Origin: Candidatus Kaiserbacteria bacterium
Lineage (GTDB): Bacteria; Patescibacteriota; Minisyncoccia; Phycocordibacterales; UBA918
NCBI GenBank assembly: GCA_043719825.1
Contig: JAYSTK010000019.1
Span: 1-45,022 of the forward strand
Length of the DNA stretch: 45,022 bases
Direction: 5' to 3'
This document shows positions 27,301 to 32,523 of this stretch, piece by piece. Position 1 is the first letter of the stretch; each line of letters begins with the position of its first letter. Below the pieces are notes generated by a model. That model was not told the origin of the DNA. It worked only from the letters and a program-made list of their open reading frames with translations, and did no database searches. The position numbers and the translations under genes are program-made.

Positions 27301-29097
27301 GATGCGTCTGGAAACGAAACTAACAAAACAATTGATGGTATATATCGGACCAGCGTAACCGTGAGTCAAGGAGAAACCATTCGCTTTCTACAAAACATTA
27401 GTGCGGCAGGCACGCTTGATGAAGTATGTACGCTGTTTGGAGTTCAATCGCCGGGATCGAATAACAATAACTATGCCATTTGTCTTGAGCAGGTAGCAGG
27501 AACAGATCGTATGAGTATTGCAGAGAACGTTCAAAGTTCTGATTCTGACGGAACCGGTGTTGTTCTCGCTTCAACAACCGTGGCATACTCACCTGGATGG
27601 TACGAAGTTGAAATTCGATGGGGCACAAACAATACAATATTAGCGACTCTATATGATAGTAGTGATGTATTTGTTGCATCAACATCAGTCGTCGACACTT
27701 CGTACACCTCGGGAGGTATTGGATTTACCTATTGGTTCCAAAGCGGTGGATGGGATCATTACACATCGAGAGCACTATTAGCAACTGAACCTACTGCAAC
27801 CTTAGGTTTTGAACAGGGTCGGGGTGGTGCATCGTGGCTCGCTGCGCTTAACACAAAAGCAAGTGGCGTAGCCGCCGGCACAATTATTCGACCTCGATTT
27901 GTTATTGAAAATACAGGGCTTCAAGTAATCGATGCATACCGACTCATGTATGCAGACAAAGGTGCTTCACCAAGCTGTGAAGCAGTGAGTTCGGGATCAT
28001 ATTCTGCAGTGCCATTACAAGCTTCATGTACTGGATCTCCTCTTTGTATGCAAGCGTCAACGCATTTTGTAAATAATGCATCAACGACCGATGTGCTTGG
28101 TGGTGCTGGTACATTTACTCAGGGGCAGATAATTGAAGATCCTTCAAACACAACTCAAAATATTACAATTCCGAGTTCGAGCTATACGGAGGTTGAATAT
28201 TCAATTACTGTTACGAATGATGCCGTTGCACCGAATTACTGTTTACGTGTAAGCGATAATGGAACAGATATTGATTCATATACTCGTGTAGCAGAACTAG
28301 AACTTGTCTTTGTTCCAAATATTACTGCACTTTCATTAAATGCAGGGAATGACATTATTCTTTTACCGGGTGTAACGACAACCATATATGCTACAGGAAC
28401 AGTTACTGATCAAAATGGATACGCTGATATTGTATTAGCGACAACTACCATGTTCCGTTCTGGTGTAGGAGAAAGTTGTTCCGTTAACACTAACAATTGT
28501 TATATTGCGGGTCCATCGCGATGTTCATACTCCAATTGTTCTGGCGATTCATGTAATATTTCATGTACAAGTGATTTCTATTTCCATACAGATCCGACGG
28601 ATACAGGAAGTACGTTTGATGCAGAAACATGGAGAGCACTTCTAAGAATAGAAGACCAAGGTGGTAGCTTCGCGACCGCTACAGCTCCATCAATTGACCT
28701 CATAACACTCCGAGCACTTGATGTAAATAGTTTGATTAATTATGGTTCACTCGAAGTTAATGCAAATACTGGTTCTTACAATGCCTCGACAACATTCCAA
28801 AATCTTGGTAATGACTCGATTGATGTAGCCATAGAAGGCACCAACCTTTCAGATGGTGTTTCTTCAGCAATTCCAGTAAATGAGCAAATATTTGCTACAT
28901 CCACATTTACGTATAGCGCATGTGTGTTCTGTACGGCGCTTTCGGCTTCGTCCACAAACTATGAGCTTGATCTCACGAAGCCCGCATCAACGACTCCCCC
29001 CGTGACCGACGATGTATTTTGGGGAATTGAAATTCCGTTCGGCATTTCTGCCGCACCTCACCAGGGTACTAACATCTTCTACGCAATTAGTGACTAG
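12325..29097 (+). CDS. giant (5590 aa) membrane-anchored multidomain surface protein
   Basis: A single uninterrupted ORF with an N-terminal TM (FVLISIFTVVLLSTS, about 12507-12560) and acidic low-complexity stretches. It then carries three tail-collar-like modules, two FN3-like modules with a YYWRVR/YWWRVR strand, eight W-x-G-x-x-W repeats and long G-x-F-x-N..GTF-x-HN..TV-x-F solenoid repeats. DUF2341-like sequence (WSKRKRITVTN...DDLRVTN...IWVKIP...VYVYYGNGGA) is at 26881-27180, followed by a LamG-like region. The C-terminal module is shared with 34748-36580. Confidence 0.9.
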   Translation: MLGLLVQLKNFYFKKTSKEFKKHIFRALQLPLAFIRRVEAIDYENSLFVSSASHTKSYITKFVLISIFTVVLLSTSTVESQFSLTRKLDTINVFSERVESTTWKNIEALSEQNVSKDGLYQEFSKNNSAYRDVEKIIDNSSSTQEPQPNEQIIDSEIEQQPIDIQGEGTTETSSPEINQEINTDTEASSDIESESSTDSTNEATELPTNAIDEPVSQNEYTPAEFGLFKKVTGVFTFAQESVTSSLSDSVSDQIEIDTESEEIITPTGESITEDIDLIESASTTEADTISINENSDVNETTNVEENTNTLNTAHITFSDFALPNLESGQFITNVQLRMSLAALITSNREDYPVLDVEYLLNEKWENAGSVILDGEVSNALNGGYYLFALPTFTTVDELDSLSVRITERGELLEEDTVFIDAVWLEVDTETFDRDLLRERLLPEVFKKLSLPRMHTLLSDTLDFSRDDDPVFVLRYESQRNAGVRFLRNIFGRNLAEVKTVTFVRKGVGIVDIEPLVDMTNEGLWTIQLPQNAQDDLEPGTYTIEIVIDEGGKVFTDSLDFQWGLLAVNPHKTEYEIGEVATIALAALSPSGNTLCDAELALYIIDPLEYIHRSTIQKSGLCNGNNVIDVPDYSAEFTPTVSGEYEMYVENIGTNGEVLAHTVDTFMVVEQQSFSITRQSQTRIYPRAEYSMALRVEAEDAYVGELMERVPRDFVIGETDASITMNGDIQELRWGISLKGGIPQTFTYSYDAPDISPFLYTLGPAEIGNNTQSDVVPQLENTATQTPSSAFESPVIENVIDEATEINQPLQLEDTEPTSVPVLNETTTQQEPEEIIAPETPESTILQNEDTFETVAPEENAFEIVPTLEQPLIGEVTQLTLTPLPQANGFIEHRRWQIASDATGSMIVFWTDGASIPSGWTCISCTSTSTFYQRFPLGGATYGTQAGVATTTHTADGAVNASGLSNAESFGTSFVSINSHSHTITPIIGSTTTLPAYRQLRVIQNNSAGSPATVPAGAILIFDGSLPSGWVQYTDLDSRYPRGENAITSAGSNTHIHTATATLSAASGSTYDSRTGGTQVTAAGINHTHTLSTSTPPVNHEPAYMQVIFATSSIATATPLTAIALWSDTPPAGWLNRSAQPTDPFYNRYIKGGSTYGTTGGGDSHTQGNFTASSSAAVGTDNARTGTAGSSNTHTHAIDLSNFSTASNTPPSVTVIYAKYYGLVPIYTQSAFRWYVNANSVSPTDAWPTSTVDVLENEAIDTSFTPLKNGDVLRLRLQLNVSNSTTTGEDFKLQFGTTTALCTAVSAWTDVGSATSSAAWIGHNNSSPSDGATLSTSTLTGTDVLETYEEQNPTIVLPNAIGIGQEGEWDFVLKQNAASPNTNYCFRMVEADGTELFAYTQYPLLITNAQPNAPSLHVLFDNEKVSTTTPQFEFAGTDAEADDLTYQIQIDSDYTFGSVDVDRNSASNPTQFANIISPADKNPYTNGETIRFSLTSALTNNTTYYWRVRTQDPTGSNNWGSWSTIFSFTIDSSLTNSAWFQTTEEQFDTDTLVGTDALATDLVQLSVGSTTGTTTSSQIDFLDGTVGNAWGSLSFNDDETVGDIKYRIQYYSDATASWANIPDIDLSGNSAGFDTSPVSLLSLNTDIYRLIRIVAVFTNSGGSPLLYDWTITWGYRIETPTLNSPFPNEKVSTTTPTFEFETTDPQSDDLEYEIQWSTTYAFTASTTRNSSTSLGFINSENGGDTSPFTSGQTIQFTVQPADILTNGTTYWWRVRARDPLGSNQFSLYTDPLSFTVDTSTSVSTWFQTTQSQFETDVLSGTIALVTGSVTVATTSDESLMVYAEGIVTTPRYREWDGTTWSSEASALGVGAPINWIVTKASPIKNEFITGTLGTDADVNIQVFKNGSWGNIQEITTSIPNTNMRGFDIAYEQTSGDALVVACDGDADPSYYVWNGSAWVSGGTIDLTAGNSCGWIKLVSNPTSDEIIVITRDTSGTAYETLVWSGSAWGTNRKIFGSMQSTQANHEGIAAEYEESGNQAVIGVSNGTASSFIWTAWASATWTVPAAVALGDDFESGTIVADDGSDNLALCYIDHDNDIGAVRWTGAAWAGQTELEIAWAGTDTVFNDRPVDCSFEVGGARDGYIMVAYSDTTNVRHRAWNGTAWDVGETNVSTIQDAPRVQLRRTGANLIQLVAFDDTNDRYDYSYWNGTIWNAFQTLETDASVGATPFKEPFMNAVRNPGIIGSAVVSPGIDFYDGSGPYWAQLSWTDSEAGGSTVLYQVEYYDGDSWELVPNGLIPGNSTGTTTSPINLSNVLPVSTYNEIRPVANLTCNLGTCPSLSDWTVTWAAGISISGTAQAYDQSTNVISGTVGVSLNGVLQVGKTGTISGGVWSIANVNAAPGDIVSVFVNGANDINEAVSVTRYDGIGDITGMRLYERHLALGSNDATSTPFTNAEIGLYDFTNDEDIFFDLSGTVLTLCADVGCGDVELYTASTTIYRPQGTVVTHDIEINGTFRPEGNTIYLSGSWDNNGTTTSATSTVVFTATSTNETIDETSAISPSFYNLTFGTTTGNATWTPITALDVNGALSITRGTFSRASVNLNIAGNTFVGVNGFITGVGTTTFDGTGTAIYTDSNAVTQNIGRIVVDGTSKTLQLGSAALMQSINIGSDDILDVSTSNYSLTVLTNFINSNTYVARSGTTTFAGTTTNLTITAGGDAFYNLAFTGAGGSWSFTEGDLSIGNDFVMSTGTITMPTGTTTVTGTFANNGGTFAHNNATVVFDSALSETVTLLGTAFTNAFYNVRFSGSGSWVFTESNATTSNDFRITQGTVVLPSSTLAIGGHFANSAGTFAHNNATVRFTSSSAKTIDTNSSFNHLTFVGSGSWSFIDTNVTALEDVSISNGTVTFPSNTFTIGGSLINSSTLTHNSGTVLFNSIDSGETIALGNSPLHNLLINSGTGGWTVSTHATTTGSTTLTSVGSFTVTSGQTLSVGGVFTNSVGGASTTWTGSTLSLESGAYSINLKTSGADAYNILRVKANTDIKMWNSSASSYTIDSTGSLYSQDHSAVDGDLYIFGGYERTSGTEYWSYATDFDGTSLGTSSRQVDVRFASGANATFTGSVFTVMGTTTGTTTIRNQGSGTYTLSVSGGTSTASYYDFGDLGLTGVSLQDATKVTSFGNGRFAPGINTGTGLTVSSSTIDVNAGLQIFGVEFSTTTAITATNVTQTGGVPLSYWWFRNSAGNIDGEAFDSDTGDPGSVRWDDSSLSITVSGIVYDDDETTPLGAPTCGVGGTPVRIVVENGGTYDGACDGSGVFTIPGVVIVGDPTLTVFLNGAGGGKKAVTVTKTPTENITDLNLIVGRVITRHEDTSALTIEDMATYDSTDDGDIPFTAATGTSPLLTVHADNELHIASTTTFAPAGTVTVIGGGTGNTFDGSLHIGANATFTGAGTTTYSIGGSLLQNNGGVFSPASSTILMTATTTGKGVSSVAGETIYVNELQFSGVGGGWNQTGTLSSTGNIYLATGTLTGTGNITLTNGSFYGNGLLSLGSGTTTLSVTNTLGGTQAWTFGNLVLGTGSTTGTTTPATNATTTVLGKLTIGTGHFFGIQGGVLDLQGSGLVFVENGNFVEGTSTVRYSGTQGSQVLSTNYYNLVVQALGGSPTYTGTGIGISVLNNLTVGGTNTTTLTLNTNDPALDVNGNVSVLTNGTLVGSNSAIFNVAGSWDNDGTYTGSGGTVTFDGSGIHAIAPGSSAFSNAVVNATGNYTLTESATATAAFTITTANDFIVSNNVSLAIGGTFTNSLGGADTVWNSSTLYLYGGGDYQINASTTSDTYSKLSLGTSTQIRMWNSSASSTDLASTASLYSQDHGNSNGDLYVYGSYIKISGTDYWSYATDFDGTILNGTERQVDVRIASNGSMLYTGGGLAVVGVNTGSTTIQNQGSGTYSFRIGGTASTTWSYYDLAHTNASGLTFSGTPSVTNLSYGNFTLGIASGTALTVGGSVIDQNPAKTFTNNNFSTSTGVSGFNVTATSTTVSSWRFTNHSGSIDGESYDFDPDGDPGYIVWDDSSASLSFSGRVYSDEGTTASGVGICNGVMQSVTLRVAGLTTYTTDCDLGTGAYSISGITYSPGDSFVVYLTPPGAERGSTVSEDPVTSIGNLDIYENRVIVRHESSDPLSIADMSLWDSSDDANIPFTAIDASPDTLTLPANRKLLVWTGKEFEPNGNVTVSGGGAGTAYDGTLELFANAIFDATGSEVHTIGGNLIMGTGATFDDETSAFTFTTTGASRTIDTNDQSFYNLTINGSGSFTTPNAVFDIGNDFTLTQGTVTLPTGTTTVAGSFLNTGGTFIQNGGHMRFTGSSAKSIRAGSSSFGTTTFAGTGTYTYLSTNATTTGDFTILSGTVSAPTGTLSIGGDFTNMGIYTHNSGIIKMTSALASTTIAASSSDLGSLTIAGAGTFSMTNTNSTLAGTLSIQQGALTLASGTLSVGGSFLNTGGSFAHASGTILFNSADTGESINGGTSEFNIISIAAPSGGYTITGNATTTGNFSLTSATQFTLQNGLILNVGRVFTNLVGGAATTWTGSTIKLGSGSSYTVNSKTTGSDVYNVIALRGNTDIRLWNSSATTTLLDSLSSLYSQDNAAIDGELYIYGDYSRTTGADYWSYATDFDGTSISTSSRAVTVRHASGATSTFSGGTLSIIGAANATTTITNQGSGTYAMGVSGGTLSALNYAFRNSNATGLSLSGTTTVTSIANGDFELALNGGSLLTVSSTTINYNASMVVSGMRFATTSVISGTNISVVGTTPSSWTFTTHRGNLAGESYDNDGIDACGSIRWSDSACLLTQQSAYRWRQNNGGEGVPDSEWFDTSWSKRKRITVTNSDAIGYTNAVVEVTIPYDSDMQTDFDDLRVTNGGGTTTLNFAREIYTASTEATIWVKIPILATSTETDVYVYYGNGGATYGGVGTSTFSVYDDFEDDNITEYSGDTTLFNVGTAYAYQGTYGLDASGNETNKTIDGIYRTSVTVSQGETIRFLQNISAAGTLDEVCTLFGVQSPGSNNNNYAICLEQVAGTDRMSIAENVQSSDSDGTGVVLASTTVAYSPGWYEVEIRWGTNNTILATLYDSSDVFVASTSVVDTSYTSGGIGFTYWFQSGGWDHYTSRALLATEPTATLGFEQGRGGASWLAALNTKASGVAAGTIIRPRFVIENTGLQVIDAYRLMYADKGASPSCEAVSSGSYSAVPLQASCTGSPLCMQASTHFVNNASTTDVLGGAGTFTQGQIIEDPSNTTQNITIPSSSYTEVEYSITVTNDAVAPNYCLRVSDNGTDIDSYTRVAELELVFVPNITALSLNAGNDIILLPGVTTTIYATGTVTDQNGYADIVLATTTMFRSGVGESCSVNTNNCYIAGPSRCSYSNCSGDSCNISCTSDFYFHTDPTDTGSTFDAETWRALLRIEDQGGSFATATAPSIDLITLRALDVNSLINYGSLEVNANTGSYNASTTFQNLGNDSIDVAIEGTNLSDGVSSAIPVNEQIFATSTFTYSACVFCTALSASSTNYELDLTKPASTTPPVTDDVFWGIEIPFGISAAPHQGTNIFYAISD
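15031..15987 (+). repeat. three tandem ~100-aa phage-tail-collar-like (MdpB-like) modules inside the giant CDS
   Basis: The units are about 15031-15350, 15364-15660 and 15675-15987. Each starts I/L-x-F/W-x-(D/G)..P-(S/A)-GW, carries HxH motifs (SHSHT; NTHIHT and NHTHT; DSHT and NTHTHA), and ends in a PAY/PPS + hydrophobic strand (LPAYRQLRVIQ, EPAYMQVIFA, PPSVTVIYAKY). Confidence 0.55.
17884..18960 (+). repeat. eight ~50-aa W-x-G-x-x-W repeats (beta-propeller-like) inside the giant CDS
   Basis: The motifs are WDGTTW 17884, NGSWGN ~18034, WNGSAW 18178, WSGSAW 18328, WTAWASATW 18478, WTGAAW 18628, WNGTAW 18795 and WNGTIW 18939. The spacing is about 150 nt throughout. Confidence 0.6.
19340..26790 (+). 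repeat. three tandem protein-level super-repeats (about 2.7, 2.4 and 2.3 kb) inside the giant CDS
   Basis: The anchor YWSYATDFDGT occurs at 21568, 23968 and 26275. The anchor DPG(S/Y)(V/I)(R/V)WDDSS / GSIRWSDSA occurs at 22072, 24475 and 26776. LYSQD(H/N)...GDLY-x-(F/Y)G and QNQGSGTY blocks recur in the same order. The nucleotide sequences are diverged. Confidence 0.7.
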
Positions 29098-29311
29098 TGA
29101 GGCTTGTGGAAATGCCACATTTCTTTGTTACTTCGTATGTTTTCTCCATCACTGCACGTCCATGTACAGCTCAGTCGCAAACATACTTGCGCCTTACAGT
29201 CGCTGTTCAGGTTGTATGATAATTTTCATAAACTCAAATTATCGACAACCTCTTACAAAGCTCCAAGTATTCGCTTCTCACCTTGAACTGTATCCATTTA
29301 CACAGGCCTCA
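29098..29311 (+). ncRNA. candidate structured element, copy A (stop-codon-proximal family)
   Basis: It starts 1 nt after the giant-gene stop. The closing helix pairs TGAGGCTTGTGGAAATG (29098-29114) with CATTTACACAGGCCTCA (29295-29311), 17 positions with 1 mismatch and 1 G-U. Conserved ACATTTCTTTGTT is at 29117-29129 and GAACTG at 29285-29290. Compared with copies B and C it carries a ~90-nt insertion. Confidence 0.4.
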
Positions 29312-29368
29312 ATTTCTCTAAATACATTCTGTTAATTAACAGCAAAATTTTTTTGACTCTTCTCAAAT

Positions 29369-29377
29369 GGTACACTG
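29369..29377 (+). promoter_or_regulatory. extended -10-like element
   Basis: TGgTACACT at 29369-29377, 9 nt upstream of the ATG at 29387. Confidence 0.3.
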
Positions 29378-29386
29378 TAACTACAT

Positions 29387-30916
29387 ATGAAACGTGGGTT
29401 CATTTCTGTATGTTTAACGCTCTTCATATTACTCGCGTATGGTGAGATGTTTTATACTGTCCGCGCTGCAGACATTGACCCTCCCTCAATAAATAATGTT
29501 CAGATAACAAATGTTGCTGAAGATACCGTAACCATCACCTGGGAGACTGACGAAGACGCAGACTCGCTCGTAAACTATGGACTTCAAGAAAACTACGGAA
29601 TTGTACATATTCCTGTAGTAGATAAAACAACTCATTCAATAACTCTTGATGCACTTGAGCCTGGGCGCACATATTTCTTCCGCGTTGTATCTTCAGATTT
29701 TGAAGGCAACCAGGGAATTTCTGCAAACTACAAAGTACTCACCGATGGAACACCATCTTCAGGAGCTGATGCGGGTGAAGGCGAAGCGACTGCAACAGAA
29801 GAAAATCAAACCGTACAAGAAGAAACAAAATCTCAAACGGAATCACAAACAGATGCACAAATTACAGAAGAGATAGTAAAACAAATTAAGCAAATTGAAT
29901 CGCCTGAAAAGCTTGAAGAAATATTAAATGAAACAGTAAAGGCTATACAGGGAATTACTGAGGATCTTACTATCGTCGGTCCCCCGACAGTTATTCCAGA
30001 AACGACCAGTGCGCTAATTAAATGGACCACCGATCGTGAAGCAAGTTCAGAAGTGCAATTTTCTCCAAGTGATGAGTATGTAGAGGGTGATTATAGCTAC
30101 TCACAAGCTAGTACGGATGGTAGTGTGACCGATCATGAAATCAGACTAATAGGTCTTGTACCGTTCACCGAATACCATTTTAAAGTTATTTCAAAAGATT
30201 CAATTGGTATTTCGGGAGAAAGTCGGGACTTTACATTTAAAACAAAAGCATCGCTTCCCGACATTAGAAATTTACGTATCGTTAAAGTAGAAGAAAATTC
30301 TGCAACGCTTGCATGGGACACAACCGTTCCCGCTAAAGCACTTATTGAATATCAAGATCTTACGAAAGGCCTCCAAAATTCAGTGGGCCGACCAACACTC
30401 GCTACAACACATCAGATGCAAATTTCTGATCTCACTCTCGGCACTAGATACGTTGCATTCGTAATTGCAGAAAATGCGGGAGGCGACCGAGTAAAAAGCA
30501 ATCCTATTACGTTTATTACGGTGAAAGATTCAGCTCCTCCACTTATTAGTAATGTTACAAATGAATCCACTATTTTCCCTGGCGGGGAATCAAGAATTCA
30601 AACTATTATTGAATGGGATACCGATGAGCCGGCTTACTGCACTATGTCATATCGCGAGGGAATAACCGGTGGTGTCGACCCTACAATAATAGAGTCTGAA
30701 ACCATTTCGTATGCAGAAGAGCATGTCGAAGTTATCGTGGAGTTTGCTCCTGCAACGGTATACCAATTTTGGCTCACCTGCTCAGATGATTCAAATAATA
30801 AAATTGACTCTGAAAATTATGTGCTCTTTACACCGATTCAGGAAAAAAACATTATTGATATTATTCTTGAAAACTTCGAGTCGACGTTTGGATGGGTTAA
30901 GAACGTCAACAACTAG
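29387..30916 (+). CDS. secreted protein with four fibronectin type III-like domains
   Basis: 509 aa with a signal peptide. There are four units of the form P-x-I-x-N-V..T-x-A-x-I-x-W-x-T-D-x-x-(A/S)...Y-x-F-x-V, for example VTITWETDEDADSLVNYG...GRTYFFRVVS and ALIKWTTDREASSEVQF...FTEYHFKVIS. An acidic Glu/Thr/Gln linker follows the first domain. Confidence 0.8.
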   Translation: MKRGFISVCLTLFILLAYGEMFYTVRAADIDPPSINNVQITNVAEDTVTITWETDEDADSLVNYGLQENYGIVHIPVVDKTTHSITLDALEPGRTYFFRVVSSDFEGNQGISANYKVLTDGTPSSGADAGEGEATATEENQTVQEETKSQTESQTDAQITEEIVKQIKQIESPEKLEEILNETVKAIQGITEDLTIVGPPTVIPETTSALIKWTTDREASSEVQFSPSDEYVEGDYSYSQASTDGSVTDHEIRLIGLVPFTEYHFKVISKDSIGISGESRDFTFKTKASLPDIRNLRIVKVEENSATLAWDTTVPAKALIEYQDLTKGLQNSVGRPTLATTHQMQISDLTLGTRYVAFVIAENAGGDRVKSNPITFITVKDSAPPLISNVTNESTIFPGGESRIQTIIEWDTDEPAYCTMSYREGITGGVDPTIIESETISYAEEHVEVIVEFAPATVYQFWLTCSDDSNNKIDSENYVLFTPIQEKNIIDIILENFESTFGWVKNVNN

Positions 30917-31037
30917 TATGCGCATTTTCGACGCATTTCTTTGTTGCATCACTCGATTGTTCATTCGTCGTACGTCTGTGTACGCCTTACTCGCAAACGA
31001 GCTTGGGCCGCGAACTGCACTCGAAAATGCGCATACT
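30915..31037 (+). ncRNA. candidate structured element, copy B
   Basis: A 17-bp closing helix pairs AGTATGCGCATTTTCGA (30915-30931, including the last 2 nt of the stop codon) with TCGAAAATGCGCATACT (31021-31037). GCATTTCTTTGTT is at 30933-30945. The hairpin is CGTAC-GTCTGT-GTACG. TCGCAAAC and GAACTG (31012-31017) are also present. Confidence 0.45.
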
Positions 31038-31071
31038 GTGACCCAATTACGAAACGTGGCGAAGTCACCAC

Positions 31072-31175
31072 TTTCGAGAGACATTGCGCAGACGCATCGA
31101 GCATAGTAAAAAATTCACAGATTTTTATGCGTGTCTATCAAAATGTGTGATTGAGAAAGAGTTTTTTGATTTTTG
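31072..31175 (+). ncRNA. candidate structured cis-element, copy 1 (homolog of 40401-40498)
   Basis: It is roughly 80 percent identical by eye to 40401-40498. Nested helices are CGCAT (31093-31097) with ATGCG (31127-31131), and AAAAAT with ATTTTT. An asymmetric loop carries CGAGCATAG, followed by the AGAAAGAGTTTTTTGATTTTT tail. It ends 26 nt before the ATG at 31201. Confidence 0.4.
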
Positions 31176-31200
31176 TACTGTATAATAATTTTAATCTCGC

Positions 31201-32523
31201 ATGGCAAAACCACTTATCGTCTGCAGAAATCTCGACATTACCTACAATAAAGGGAAGTCGAATGAATACCGCGCTCTTCAATCGGTAAACACTGATATAT
31301 ATGAAGGAGAATATATTATTCTTTTCGGTTCTTCAGGATGTGGAAAGTCGACGCTCATGTATGCAATTCAAGGTTCACTTCCACCTGCAGGAGGTGCGCT
31401 TCTTATTCGAGGAGATGATATTTATTCGTATCCACCACAAGACCGTGTGTACTTCCAACGGTATATCATGGGAATTATTTTCCAATCCTTCAACCTCATT
31501 GGTTCACTTTCTGTACTCGACAACGTTGCACTCCCAATGATTTTCTGTGGCGTTGATAAAACAACTCGAGAACGTCGTGCGCAAATGCTCCTCGATCGTT
31601 TTGGTGTAGGACACGTTTCAGATAAACGACCAAATATGCTTTCAGGAGGTCAGCAGCAACGTGTCTCTGTTGCGCGTTCTATGGTGAACGATCCGCAGAT
31701 TCTGCTTGCGGACGAACCTACCGGAAACCTCGACTCAGTGTCTACGCAACAAGTTATGGATAAAATTGATGAAATTAACACGTTTGACCAACGTACTATC
31801 ATTATGGTCTCGCACAATGCGGCACATCTTTCCTATGCGCATCGTGTGTATTACCTCAAGGATGGCAGGGTAGTACGAGAAGTCGCGAACCCACAGCGTA
31901 AACAGATTAAACCTGTAAAAGAAGGGGAGACCATCGTGACCGAACTCGAACAACTCGCGCGCCTTTTTCCTTACGACTCTGTAGATACACTACGAGTAAA
32001 AAGCCTTGTAAATTTTCTTACGCAGCAATACACCTTTGACCAACTCGTGCGACTTGAACGTGCTGTTGATCTTCTCATTCAGGGTAAGATCCACAAAAAG
32101 AAATTTATTGAGACGCTCATGCGAAAATACGAAGAGGGAGGAATAGAAATGGAACGTTCAGATGCTGAACGTATGGCCGCGGTATCAATAACAATTATTA
32201 AACAAGCTAATGATGTGCATCGTTTCCGCTCAAAAAATGATTCCGATGCTGTGTTTTTCGAACAACATAAATTTGCTGAGCGCATTAAAGAATACCTTAT
32301 TGAATATCATCGAGTTTCGCTTTCAAAAAAAGCGACTGAGAACCTAACCGAAATGATAGCCGACCGCCTTTCAGGAATTGAAGGAGAAGCACAGTTCCAT
32401 GCTCGCATGATTGAGAAAGAACGCACCGGGGGACTGGGACTTCAGGAGAAAATCGCGGATGATATTACGAGGTATATGGAGAAGCTGGTAGCATTAGGCG
32501 TCGACGTCAGCTACAAAGCCTAG
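31201..32523 (+). CDS. ABC transporter ATP-binding protein (MacB/LolD-like) with ~210-aa helical C-terminal extension
   Basis: Walker A GSSGCGKST, Q-loop IFQSFNL, signature LSGGQQQRVSVARS, Walker B ILLADEPTGNLD and H-loop MVSHN all lie in the first ~230 aa. The remaining ~210 aa are charged and helical with no motif I recognise. Confidence 0.9.
   Translation: MAKPLIVCRNLDITYNKGKSNEYRALQSVNTDIYEGEYIILFGSSGCGKSTLMYAIQGSLPPAGGALLIRGDDIYSYPPQDRVYFQRYIMGIIFQSFNLIGSLSVLDNVALPMIFCGVDKTTRERRAQMLLDRFGVGHVSDKRPNMLSGGQQQRVSVARSMVNDPQILLADEPTGNLDSVSTQQVMDKIDEINTFDQRTIIMVSHNAAHLSYAHRVYYLKDGRVVREVANPQRKQIKPVKEGETIVTELEQLARLFPYDSVDTLRVKSLVNFLTQQYTFDQLVRLERAVDLLIQGKIHKKKFIETLMRKYEEGGIEMERSDAERMAAVSITIIKQANDVHRFRSKNDSDAVFFEQHKFAERIKEYLIEYHRVSLSKKATENLTEMIADRLSGIEGEAQFHARMIEKERTGGLGLQEKIADDITRYMEKLVALGVDVSYKA

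Noticed and set aside
12325-29097. Many 60-138-aa ORFs in other frames or on the minus strand inside the giant gene (for example 24192-24599 -, 25716-26120 -, 17151-17567 -), and similar ones inside other genes (3852-4448 -, 11172-11516 -).
   Set aside because: They lie entirely within long, motif-rich + strand ORFs and have low-complexity or Cys/Arg-rich shadow-frame composition. They have no independent start context or terminators, so I treat them as frame shadows.
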